Below the pieces are notes generated by a model. The model saw only the letters and a program-made list of their open reading frames with translations, was not told the origin of the DNA and did not search any database. A program made the translations under genes and the position numbers. From Candidatus Woesearchaeota archaeon (GTDB taxonomy: Archaea; Nanobdellota; Nanobdellia; Woesearchaeales; BM511), in the NCBI GenBank assembly GCA_002867475.1, contig PKTL01000044.1, positions 2,157-66,156 on the forward strand: a stretch of 64,000 bases of DNA. The letters are read 5' to 3'. Below are positions 9,945 through 19,507 of the stretch, piece by piece (within the stretch, counting starts at the first letter, position 1; every line of letters starts with the position of its first letter).

Positions 9945-10472
9945 ATGAGTAATATTTATCTAATTAGGCATGGTGAAACTTATTTTAACGAGTTTTATAA
10001 TTCTCAAAAAAAAACTTTTAAAGAAAAAATTTTAGATAAAAATTGGAATCCTTTTATTTTTCCAGAATGGATGGACTTAAATGAAAAAGGAAAAAAAGAT
10101 GCCAACTTTGTTGCTGAATATTTTAAAATGATTCAAATTAAAAATGTATCAATTTATTCAAGTAATACTAAACGTTCTTTAGATACTGCCGAAAAAACGA
10201 GAGAAGTTTTAGGAATTAGAAAAATAATGATTGATAATCGGCTTAATGAAATTAATGTACCTTGGGAAAAATCTAATTCTTTAGTCAATTTAGAAGATTT
10301 TTTAAAAGAAATTAATTCGCTTGATAAACTATTATTATTTACTCATGGCAATCTCATTTATCAATTTTTGAAAAGTTTAGATTGTCAACCTTTGTATAAA
10401 ATTCAAAATGGTAGTGTAATGTTAATTAAAAATTTTAAATATCCTAATCAAGAAATCATGAGGGTTGTATGA
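9945..10472 (+). CDS. Histidine phosphatase superfamily protein
   Basis: IYLIRHGETYFN catalytic motif; THGNLI. Confidence 0.6.
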   Translation: MSNIYLIRHGETYFNEFYNSQKKTFKEKILDKNWNPFIFPEWMDLNEKGKKDANFVAEYFKMIQIKNVSIYSSNTKRSLDTAEKTREVLGIRKIMIDNRLNEINVPWEKSNSLVNLEDFLKEINSLDKLLLFTHGNLIYQFLKSLDCQPLYKIQNGSVMLIKNFKYPNQEIMRVV

Positions 10473-11440
10473 AAAAAGTTTTAATAACTGGTGGTGCTGG
10501 CTTTATCGGTTCTCATATGTCTAGAAATTTACTTGAAAAAGGGTATGAAGTCACTTCTTTAGATAATTTTTATACTGGAAATAAAAGAAATATTAGTGAT
10601 TTAATTGGAAATCCTAATTTTACCTTCTTAATGCATGATGTTACAATTCCTTTTGATGGATATTTTGATGAAATTTATAATTTAGCTTGTCCTGCATCTT
10701 CATTACATTATCAAAGAGATCCTATAAAAACTTCTAAATCTTCAGTTCTTGGAATTCTAAACGTAATGGATCTTGCAACTAAAACTAATGCTAAAGTTCT
10801 ACATGCATCAACTTCTGAGATTTATGGCGATCCTTTAGAACATCCACAAACTGAAAGGTATTGGGGTAACGTAAATATTCTTGGTCCAAGAAGTTGTTAT
10901 GATGAATCAAAAAGGATGGCTGAAACTTTTTGTTCTGATTATTTCCATCATCATGGATTGGATGTAAGAGTTATTAGAATATTTAATACTTTTGGACCAA
11001 ATATTGAAAAAAATGATGGTAGAGTTATTAGTAATTTTATAAATCAAGCTTTATCAGGTGAAGATATCACATTATATGGTGATGGTATGCAAACAAGAAG
11101 CTTTCAATATGTTGATGATTTAATTGAAGGTATTAATGGTTATATGGGGTTGGATCAAGGTAGTCTAAATAATTCATTAAAAAATGAAGGCTGGTTTAAT
11201 ATTCCTGTTTTAAATTTAGGAAATCCTTCAGAAATTTCAATTAAATCACTTGCAGAAAAAATATTAGATTTAATTCCTGATTCAAATAGTGATATCATCT
11301 TTAATGGATTACCAAAAGATGATCCAAAAAAGCGAAGACCTGATATTACTTTAGCTCAAAAAATTCTTAATTGGAATCCAAAAATAAGTTTAGAAGAAGG
11401 ATTGCAAAAAACAATTCAATATTTTAAAGAATTCAATTAA
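10469..11440 (+). CDS. uxs: UDP-glucuronate decarboxylase (UDP-xylose synthase), SDR family
   Basis: VLITGGAGFIGSH Rossmann motif, YGDPLEHPQTE..YWG, SCYDESKR catalytic YxxxK region. Confidence 0.85.
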   Translation: MKKVLITGGAGFIGSHMSRNLLEKGYEVTSLDNFYTGNKRNISDLIGNPNFTFLMHDVTIPFDGYFDEIYNLACPASSLHYQRDPIKTSKSSVLGILNVMDLATKTNAKVLHASTSEIYGDPLEHPQTERYWGNVNILGPRSCYDESKRMAETFCSDYFHHHGLDVRVIRIFNTFGPNIEKNDGRVISNFINQALSGEDITLYGDGMQTRSFQYVDDLIEGINGYMGLDQGSLNNSLKNEGWFNIPVLNLGNPSEISIKSLAEKILDLIPDSNSDIIFNGLPKDDPKKRRPDITLAQKILNWNPKISLEEGLQKTIQYFKEFN

Positions 11441-11538
11441 TTTTAAATATTAGTTTTGCTTAACTTTTCTTTATAATTATTTATGGAGGAGAAAGGTAAG
11501 AATTATTGCTTGGAATCGTCCATTAGAATCCTTGGCTT

Positions 11539-11552
11539 CCTCTGGGGGCTTA
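11539..11552 (+). repeat. 14-nt copy of tRNA 3' end (cctctgggggctta)
   Basis: Exact match to 3501-3514, in intergenic space after uxs. Confidence 0.55.
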
Positions 11553-11613
11553 TATTCTTTTATATCTTATCCAATAAATATATAAATAATTGAATTGAAT
11601 TATTAATTTTAAA

Positions 11614-12126
11614 GTGGTTAATGATTTGATATTGTCTGGTGATTTAAGTGATGAACCTAATGAGAAAAGAGGTTTTACCATTTTTTATTTTAGCAAAACA
11701 AATATGGTCAATTTTGAATATTATAATAGCTTATTTTTCAAGAATAAAGAATTATATTATATTTTAGGAATCTCTTTGGCTTATGATCCTTGTTCTATTC
11801 CTGAAGTGGGAGATCTGATTTTTGAAGTTGATTGCATAAAACCAGATTATGTTCCGGATAAGTATGTTTTTCACTCAAATCATGAAAACATGATGGAGGT
11901 TGAAAGAAGCGGTAACAAACCAATTCTTTCGCTGCTTGATGAGTCTACCAGTTTTTTGGGTGCATCACTTGATGAAGTAATAAATGAGATAGCTAAAGTT
12001 GAAAATCCTCAAATATTCAACTTAAGAGAAGCATTTGAATTTTTTATGAAAGATTATGAACTATTGACTGAATATATGTTCTTTGGAAAAGATGCTGAGA
12101 ATCCTGATCTATTGCAACGATTTTAA
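11614..12126 (+). CDS. Hypothetical protein
   Basis: 170 aa ORF with protein-like composition, no motif. Confidence 0.4.
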   Translation: MVNDLILSGDLSDEPNEKRGFTIFYFSKTNMVNFEYYNSLFFKNKELYYILGISLAYDPCSIPEVGDLIFEVDCIKPDYVPDKYVFHSNHENMMEVERSGNKPILSLLDESTSFLGASLDEVINEIAKVENPQIFNLREAFEFFMKDYELLTEYMFFGKDAENPDLLQRF

Positions 12127-12163
12127 AGGTTTAATTTAAATATTAAATAATTATTAATACTTC

Positions 12164-12625
12164 ATGAAAAAAGGTCAAGCTTCATTTGATTTTCTAATAA
12201 CCTATGGGTTTGCACTTATCGCAATCCTTATACTGATAGGTGTATTGATACATGTGGGGTATATAAGTCCTGAAGATTTCTTAGTTGATAAGGTTACTTT
12301 TCCACCTCCAGTAACAAGTTCTGAATCACCAATTTTTACAGCTACAACTATACAAGTCTCTTTACATAATAATTTGGGAAACATTGAGATAATCAGCTCA
12401 GTTGAAGATGATTTCTGCAACGCTTCAAGCGTGGATGTAATATTCTTAAATGGAGAAGCTGCAACTGACAATAATGTGAGTGAAAAAGCGCTTTTTGTCC
12501 TAGAATGGACATGTCAAAAAACATTAGAGAAAGGAGATAAAATCCATTCAGATATAGGATTTGTATACAGGACAAAGACTGGGCTTGAGCATACTCACAT
12601 GGGCTTTATCCAAGCAAAGATCTAA
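12164..12625 (+). CDS. Archaeal type IV pilin-like protein (class III signal peptide)
   Basis: MKKGQASFDFLITYGFALIAILILIG: KG|QA prepilin-peptidase-type cleavage site followed by a hydrophobic helix. Confidence 0.55.
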   Translation: MKKGQASFDFLITYGFALIAILILIGVLIHVGYISPEDFLVDKVTFPPPVTSSESPIFTATTIQVSLHNNLGNIEIISSVEDDFCNASSVDVIFLNGEAATDNNVSEKALFVLEWTCQKTLEKGDKIHSDIGFVYRTKTGLEHTHMGFIQAKI

Positions 12626-12667
12626 TCTTTGCAAAGGTTTTTATACTAATAATATCAAATTAGGATT

Positions 12668-12931
12668 ATGATAAGGGAAAATGCAAATAAGGTTCTAAAG
12701 CATCTTTATGATGAATATGTACAGGGAAAAAGGTTTTCTAACCTGGAAGAATTGGAAGAAGCATTAAGTTTAAGTTTTGATGATACAGAAAACGCGATCG
12801 ATTACCTTGTTGATAAAGGCTTGATATTCTTATCCTTCTCAGAAGTTGGTCATCACCATAGTGAACGTCAAGAACACAAGTTCAAGTTCAGGGTTAAAGC
12901 AGAAGGGATAGATCAGATAGAAAATTATTGA
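12668..12931 (+). CDS. Hypothetical small protein
   Basis: 87 aa ORF. Confidence 0.3.
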   Translation: MIRENANKVLKHLYDEYVQGKRFSNLEELEEALSLSFDDTENAIDYLVDKGLIFLSFSEVGHHHSERQEHKFKFRVKAEGIDQIENY

Positions 12932-12932
12932 T

Positions 12933-13259
12933 CTAAAGCTTGATTCCTATCCTTTCATATAATAAGTACATATCATTGCTGATATTTTTTTTGAATGATT
13001 TTTTTGTTGTTGGTATGAATAATTCATTATAGATCTCATTTAAGGGCCTACCAATAACTTCTTCACCAAAATCATCAATATGTTCATTTATCTCAATAAT
13101 ATCATAAGAGATCTCTATATACTTCAAAAAGAAATATTTTTCCATCTTATTATTAAAAATATCTTTTAGAACAATCATGAAGTAATCTCTTGAAGTAATA
13201 TTTGCCCCTTCTTTTATCATGTCAACTAGAAATCTTTTTATCAATATGCTATTTTTCAT
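12933..13259 (-). CDS. Hypothetical protein, last gene of HK-REC operon
   Basis: 108 aa; 4-nt overlap with REC gene. Confidence 0.4.
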   Translation of the reverse strand: MKNSILIKRFLVDMIKEGANITSRDYFMIVLKDIFNNKMEKYFFLKYIEISYDIIEINEHIDDFGEEVIGRPLNEIYNELFIPTTKKSFKKNISNDMYLLYERIGIKL

Positions 13260-13624
13260 TTTAGATATTTGTAGATCTCTTTAACAAGATCTTTTGTCTC
13301 AAAGGGTTTTGTGATGTAGCTATCTGATGCATATCTTCCAAGTTTGATGCTTTGCTCATCTACTTTTGCAGTCAAGAATATGATTGGCGTATCTTTATTC
13401 TTATTTTCACTATTTTTTATGATTGAGAAAAGATCCCATCCATTTAATTTAGGCATCATTATATCAAGAAGTATAAGATCATATTTGTTTTTCTTGGTAT
13501 CTTCTTCAAATTTTTTAGGATTTGTAAATCCAATTATCTTTAGATTTTTGTCGATATCTTCAATGCTATAAATAATAGTAGAAATCATATCTTGGTTATC
13601 ATCAATCAATGCTATTTTTTTCAT
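13256..13624 (-). CDS. Standalone response-regulator receiver (CheY-like)
   Basis: DLILLDIMMPKLNGWDLF with phospho-acceptor Asp; conserved TAK...KP. Confidence 0.8.
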   Translation of the reverse strand: MKKIALIDDNQDMISTIIYSIEDIDKNLKIIGFTNPKKFEEDTKKNKYDLILLDIMMPKLNGWDLFSIIKNSENKNKDTPIIFLTAKVDEQSIKLGRYASDSYITKPFETKDLVKEIYKYLK

Positions 13625-14688
13625 TTTTTTGTTATAGGCAATCTAATTATCATGGTTGTTCCTTTATTTAAACCTTCGCTTTTAGCGTGTATAGACCCTT
13701 TATGCTTATCTACAATTTTTTTAACAATTGAAAGACCAAGGCCTGTTGAATTATGGGTGTGTCTTGATGAATCCACTTTATAGAATTCATCAAAAACTTT
13801 TTTTAGGTCATCCTTTTCTAGTCCAACACCATTATCCTTGACATAGAGGATTATTTTATCCTTTTCAACGCTTGAACTTATATTAATCTTTTTTTGCATT
13901 TTATCATTATAATTCATAGAATTATTGATAAGATTTTCAAAAAGTTCTCGAATCTTTATCTTATCAGCATATATGCTGATATTATCAACCTCATTTTTAA
14001 TACTTAGATTTTCTTTTTTGAATGAGTTTTTGTTTATCTCTTTTATCTCATTGATCAATTCTCTTATGTTAAATTCTTTTTTGAATAGTATAAGTGTTGG
14101 AGAATTCATCTTTGCAAGCTCTAAAGTATCTTGAACCAATTTTTCCAAATAGTTAGTATTTCTTAAGCAAATATTTATCATATCTTTTTCTTTTTCCTTA
14201 TCACACTTTTTCTTTATTAAAGGAAGCAGATTTTTTAAAGGAACAAGAGGTGTTCTTAAGTCATGGCTCAATTGGTTGATAAATTCCTCTTTTGATTTTA
14301 GAAGCTTTTCAATCATCCTTTTTTCTTTCAGCTCTAATTTTTGAAGTTCGGTAGTCTCTATAAGTTCCTTATTTATCTTTTCAAACTCTTTATGCTTCTT
14401 TTCAAGATCTTTTATTATGCTATTTGATAGTCTTATTATAGAAAGAACAAAAACAGCTGAGAAAAGATATAGGTATAGTGGAAGGGTTTCAGTAACACCT
14501 AGGACATCGTTATGAAAATTAGAATATATGAAAAAGGAAAATATGGTTATAAAACCGCTTAATATTGCCGAGATAAGATCCCATATCCAAGAATATCTTT
14601 TTCTTGGATCCATAAAAAGATTTGTAGAATAATAAAGTGTCAATGCTAAAAATACAAGAGTCAAAGCAAGCCAAATATATGAATTCAT
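13621..14688 (-). CDS. Membrane sensor histidine kinase
   Basis: N-terminal TM helices, coiled coil, H-box LSHDLRTPL, G-boxes DNGVGL / GLGLSIVKKIV. Confidence 0.8.
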   Translation of the reverse strand: MNSYIWLALTLVFLALTLYYSTNLFMDPRKRYSWIWDLISAILSGFITIFSFFIYSNFHNDVLGVTETLPLYLYLFSAVFVLSIIRLSNSIIKDLEKKHKEFEKINKELIETTELQKLELKEKRMIEKLLKSKEEFINQLSHDLRTPLVPLKNLLPLIKKKCDKEKEKDMINICLRNTNYLEKLVQDTLELAKMNSPTLILFKKEFNIRELINEIKEINKNSFKKENLSIKNEVDNISIYADKIKIRELFENLINNSMNYNDKMQKKINISSSVEKDKIILYVKDNGVGLEKDDLKKVFDEFYKVDSSRHTHNSTGLGLSIVKKIVDKHKGSIHAKSEGLNKGTTMIIRLPITKK

Positions 14689-14747
14689 AATTGAATTATT
14701 TGATTAGTCCCTTATAAATTTTTTTAAACTGTTCGCTGATAAATATT

Positions 14748-14845
14748 CTGGACATCAGATCCACTGGACAAAACACTAAAATTACAAAGTAATTTTGTGC
14801 ACAAAAGAATATATTCTTTTAGTGAAGCCCACTGGACACTGGACA
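14748..14845 (+). repeat. Four copies of (ca)ctggaca in GC-richer intergenic segment
   Basis: ctggaca at 14748; cactggaca at 14762, 14830 and 14837 (last two tandem and overlapping). Confidence 0.5.
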
Positions 14846-15054
14846 TTGTCGTTTGAGGTATATAAGCTATAAAATCCATTAATCATATATGGATATACAA
14901 GAAAACATGTATTGGAACACGAGAACTTATGGGAAAGCACTAAAAATAAGAAGAAGCATGCTACAAAGCTTGTTCGTATTCATATGTCTAGTGACTCCTG
15001 CAACGAACTGGATGATACCTTTCACAAGAAAGATAATAAGAAATGACCTGGTGT

Positions 15055-15663
15055 TTAGGTATTGAAATCCATAATTTCTAAAACTTTAGACAGATCTTTG
15101 TTTTCAATAATTATTATTGTGTCTGTCCAAGTGCTCATAGTTTCAATTATATTAATATCATTCTCACCAAATAATGAATAAAGGTAACCAGTAACACCTG
15201 GAATCTTTTCAAGTTTCTGGCTGCTTCTTATTATTATCTCAACTAAATTTTCAGTTTTTTTAAGTATTGAATACTTGAATCTCTTCTCTACTTCTTTTAA
15301 CTTATCTTTATTAGTTATTATGGTGACTGCACTTTCTCCTTTTATGATTCTTGTATCATTTTGTTTTTGGAGTTCTGTTAAATAATCAATACATTGGTTC
15401 TTTTCAACAATTATGGTTGAGATATTAGTATTGATAGTCATATTGCTTTTTTTTAGCAGTTCAATTATCCCAAGTGATTTTTTAGGTTTCAATTTTTCCT
15501 TATATCTTCGACAAGCAATTAAGATTGCATCAAATTGAGAGATGTCTAATTCGTTACCTATAATTCTAGCAAGTTTTGAATAATTGATTAAGTCATGGCC
15601 TAGTGCTATCTGGATGAAAGGTCGATTCTTGATATAATTTTCAGTTAATTTTTGAATATTCAT
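15055..15663 (-). CDS. ACT-domain putative amino-acid-metabolism regulator (COG2150-like)
   Basis: N-terminal helical/HTH-like region plus C-terminal ACT-like PGVTGYLYSLFGENDINIIETMSTWTD; paralog of 40460-41095. Confidence 0.55.
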   Translation of the reverse strand: MNIQKLTENYIKNRPFIQIALGHDLINYSKLARIIGNELDISQFDAILIACRRYKEKLKPKKSLGIIELLKKSNMTINTNISTIIVEKNQCIDYLTELQKQNDTRIIKGESAVTIITNKDKLKEVEKRFKYSILKKTENLVEIIIRSSQKLEKIPGVTGYLYSLFGENDINIIETMSTWTDTIIIIENKDLSKVLEIMDFNT

Positions 15664-15773
15664 AAAGTATAGAAATATTTTAGAGAATAAAAATGTTTTG
15701 TTTCGAACAAATTTGTATAAAATGTCTAAAATGGGTCCAAGAATTTAAAAATAAAAAATGAATATCTATTATC

Positions 15774-16982
15774 ATGAAACAAAAAAAAGTAATACGAGCA
15801 TACTCAGGAGGCCTTGATACTTCAGTCATACTAAAATGGCTTTTGAACAAAGGCTATGAAGTGATCTGCTACATGGCAGATGTAGGTCAATATGAAGATT
15901 TTGTTAAAGCTAAAGATAAAGCCTTAAAGGTTGGCGCAAGCAAAGTCTATATTGAAGACTTGAAGGAAGAATTTATTGAAGAATACGTTTTCCAAGCATT
16001 GAAATCAAACGCGATTTACGAAGGAAAATATCTTCTTGGAACAAGCTTAGCCCGTCCAGTTATAGCAAAAAAGCATATAGAAATAGCAAAAAAAGAAAAT
16101 ACGAACCTAGTAGCACACGGCGCAACAGGAAAAGGAAATGACCAAGTTCGTTTTGAACTAGCATTCCATAAACTGATGCCAGAAGTAGAAGTGATTGCTC
16201 CTTGGAAACATGAAGAATTTTTAAAACAATTTGAAGGACGAACAGATCTGATAAACTATGCTAAGGAAAATAATGTTCCAATAGACTCAACAGCAGAAAA
16301 ACCATATAGTATGGATGATAACATCATGCATATCAGTTATGAAGCAGGAAAACTTGAAGACCCCAAATTTGAACCATTCGAAGATATGTTCAAAAAAACT
16401 GTAAACCCAAAAGACGCCCCAGATAATGAAACAAAGATATGTATAGAATTCAAAAAAGGAATTCCTGTAAGTGTTACTAACCTAACTGAAAATAAAACTG
16501 TTAAAGGATCGCTTGAGCTTTTCAAATACTTGAATGAGTTAGGTGCAAAAAATGGGATAGGGCGAGTGGACATAGTAGAAAACCGGTTCGTTGGATTAAA
16601 AAGCCGGGGAGTATACGAGACTCCAGCAGGAACAATACTATTATCAGCACATCGAGATATCGAATCAATAACTCTTGACCGAGAAGTAGCACACCTAAAA
16701 GATATGTTGATGCCAAAAATAGCAGAACTGATATATAATGGGTTTTGGTTCAGTCCAGAGATGGAATTTTTAGATGCAGCAGTGAACAAGAGTCAAGAAA
16801 ACGTTAATGGAAAAACATATTTAACACTTTACAAGGGAAATGTGATGAATGTTGGCCGTGAATCAGAAAACAGCCTTTACGATGAAAACCTTGCAAGCAT
16901 GGATGTTCATGGAGGATATGATCAGACAGACGCGGTAGGATTCATAAAACTAAATGCATTACGATTGAAATTAGGTAAGTAA
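15774..16982 (+). CDS. argG: Argininosuccinate synthase
   Basis: [11 protein letters not shown]-loop, whole-length colinearity. Confidence 0.95.
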   Translation: MKQKKVIRAYSGGLDTSVILKWLLNKGYEVICYMADVGQYEDFVKAKDKALKVGASKVYIEDLKEEFIEEYVFQALKSNAIYEGKYLLGTSLARPVIAKKHIEIAKKENTNLVAHGATGKGNDQVRFELAFHKLMPEVEVIAPWKHEEFLKQFEGRTDLINYAKENNVPIDSTAEKPYSMDDNIMHISYEAGKLEDPKFEPFEDMFKKTVNPKDAPDNETKICIEFKKGIPVSVTNLTENKTVKGSLELFKYLNELGAKNGIGRVDIVENRFVGLKSRGVYETPAGTILLSAHRDIESITLDREVAHLKDMLMPKIAELIYNGFWFSPEMEFLDAAVNKSQENVNGKTYLTLYKGNVMNVGRESENSLYDENLASMDVHGGYDQTDAVGFIKLNALRLKLGK

Positions 16983-16983
16983 C

Positions 16984-18153
16984 ATGAAACTATGGAAAAA
17001 AGACGTGGAGCTGGACAAGCAAGTGGAAAAATTTACAGTAGGAAATGACTATCTGCTAGATATGAAACTATTGAAACATGACTTGAAAGCATCAATTGCT
17101 CATGCAAACATGCTATGTTCAATGGGTATATTATCTGAAGATGAAAAAGATAAAATAGTTCTCGCGTTAAATGAAATAGAAAAATTTGGGTTAGTTATTG
17201 AGCAATGCGATGAAGATTGTCATACAGCAATTGAAAAAGAATTGACAAAGAAACTAGGAGATCTAGGTAAAAAGATACACACTGGTCGAAGCCGAAATGA
17301 TCAAGTGTTAGTAGCACTTCGGTTGTATGAAAAGGAAGAGCTTGTAAAAATTAAAGAAATAATCGAAGAGATCAAGAAATCTTTAGTTTCAAAAAAGAAA
17401 GAATTCAAAGGAATAATAATTCCTGGATATACTCACATGCAAAAAGCGATGCCTTTAGGTGTAGGCATTTGGTTTGATGTTTTTACTGAATCATTTAGTG
17501 ATGATCTATTACTATTAGATTCAACGCTTAAAATAATAGATAAATCTCCTTTAGGAACAGCAGCAGGATTTGGAACACCAGGACTAGATATTGATCAAGA
17601 AATGACTTCTACTGAATTGGGATTTGAAAAACCTATAACTAATCCTTTGTACGCACAGATGACACGAGGAAAATATGAATCATCAATAATGAATCTATTA
17701 GTCCAATTGATGTATACAGCAAATAAGTTCGCTAGTGACATGATGATTTTCACTATGAGTGAATTTAATTATTTTACTTTACCTAAAGAATTAACAACTG
17801 GAAGCTCAATAATGCCACAGAAAAAGAATATGGACTTGATAGAATTATTACGGGCAAAATACTCAATAATCCTTGGCGAAGAAGTGAAAGTAAAAAACCT
17901 TATATCAAATATTATTTCAGGATATAACCGGGATGTTAAACTATTGAAAGAACCAATCATGAACTCTTTTGAAACAGTACAGGAATCTTTACAGATAATG
18001 AAACTGATAATAGATAATCTAATCTGCAATAAAGAAGTTTGCAAGAAAGCATTAACACCTGAACTCTACGCAACTGAAGAAGCATACAAACTGGTAAAGG
18101 AAGGAATGCCCTTTCGTGATGCATATAAAAAAATAGGAGCAAAATATGAATAA
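16984..18153 (+). CDS. argH: Argininosuccinate lyase (C-terminus shorter than typical)
   Basis: GRSRNDQV signature, fumarate-lyase family; 389 aa. Confidence 0.9.
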   Translation: MKLWKKDVELDKQVEKFTVGNDYLLDMKLLKHDLKASIAHANMLCSMGILSEDEKDKIVLALNEIEKFGLVIEQCDEDCHTAIEKELTKKLGDLGKKIHTGRSRNDQVLVALRLYEKEELVKIKEIIEEIKKSLVSKKKEFKGIIIPGYTHMQKAMPLGVGIWFDVFTESFSDDLLLLDSTLKIIDKSPLGTAAGFGTPGLDIDQEMTSTELGFEKPITNPLYAQMTRGKYESSIMNLLVQLMYTANKFASDMMIFTMSEFNYFTLPKELTTGSSIMPQKKNMDLIELLRAKYSIILGEEVKVKNLISNIISGYNRDVKLLKEPIMNSFETVQESLQIMKLIIDNLICNKEVCKKALTPELYATEEAYKLVKEGMPFRDAYKKIGAKYE

Positions 18154-18184
18154 ATCTATTAGATAAAAAGGGAAGAAAAATATC

Positions 18185-19402
18185 TTAATAAGATAGTTTG
18201 TAAATATTCTTCTTCCCAGCTTTAATAATAGCTCCAGGTTCAAGTTTCATTTCAATAAAAGGGTCATCAACTATTTGACCATCAATACTGAAACCTCTTT
18301 GCTGAATCAATCTTCTAATATTGCTGTTTGAAGAGTATGCATTTGTTCCTTGCAATATCTCTAAAGGTGTGATTTTTCTATCTAGATCCATACAAAGATC
18401 TTCAATGTTTGTTGGTAGATCTTTATTTTGAACCACTTTTTCAAAATTTTCTTGAGCATCTCTAGCCTCTGATGAATTATGCAACATGCTAGTGATTTCA
18501 TAAGCAAGTTTTTTCTTCAAATCAATCTCATAAGTATCTAAATTCCTATAAGAATTTTTGATACTGTTCACTTGCATATGATTTAAATTTGTCAAAAGAC
18601 TAAAATATTTATCAACCAATTCATCATTAACCTTCATTATTTTCATATACATATCATTAGGATTTTCTTCAACTCCCACAGTATTTCCTAAAGATTTAGA
18701 CATTTTCAAATTACCATCAAGTCCTTCTAATAAAGGAGTTGTCATCACAACTTGAGGCTCTTGTCCATATTTTTGTTGTAGATCTCTTCCAAACATCATA
18801 TTGAATAACTGATCACTTCCACCAATCTCAATATCTGCATTCAATTCAACAGAATCATAACCTTGCAAGTAAGGATAGATCAATTCATTTCCATGAACTG
18901 CTTTACCAGCATCAAACCTATTCTGGAAACTTTTTCTTTTAATCAAATTATTAACCGTGTTTTTTGATAGAAGTCCAATAAGTTCTTCCAGATTAAGATC
19001 ACAAAGCCAATCATAGTTTCTAACAATTTTTGTTTTTTCAGGATCTAAAATTTTAAAAACCTGATCAGTATAACTTTTTGCATTATTATAAACTTCTTTT
19101 TTTGTTAATTATTTTCTACTTTCATCTTTACCTGTAGGATCTCCTATTCTAGCAGTAAAATCACCAATTAAAAAAGTTATATCATATCCTAAATCTTGAA
19201 ATTCTTTAAGTTTTAAGATAGGGACAAGGTGTCCTAAATGGATTTCTGTAGAAGTTGGATCAACCCCATATTTTATAACTAACTGATCTTTTTCTAATTT
19301 TTTTGCTAATTCATCACGAGTATTTATCTCTTCAGTATTTCTAACAAGGTAATTAACCTTATCTGTAATTGAAAAATCTTTAAAATCATTTTCGTCTGGC
19401 AT
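18185..19402 (-). pseudogene. tyrS: Bacterial-type tyrosyl-tRNA synthetase with C-terminal S4 domain, interrupted by one in-frame TAA (19109-19111)
   Basis: HIGH motif (IHLGH) in the 19109-19402 ORF; KMSKS and S4-like tail in the 18185-18946 ORF; same frame, homology continuous across the stop: [17 protein letters not shown]. Confidence 0.8.
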
Positions 19403-19507
19403 TTTATTCCTCCAAATATTTAAGAAATGTAAGCTTTTAGCTTATAAAAGACTTATTTTGGATAATTCGGAACATTCACGAAAAAATGAAAATAAACCGA
19501 ATTTTCT

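Noticed and set aside
14881-15063. 57-aa ORF in the HK/ACT-regulator spacer
   Set aside because: Below size threshold, overlaps the 3' end of the ACT regulator gene, no motif. The spacer is better explained by the cactggaca repeat region.
18947-19108. Gap between the two tyrS ORFs as a possible intein or insertion
   Set aside because: Only 162 nt, and its translation is continuous canonical TyrRS sequence in the same frame. The interruption is a single TAA codon.
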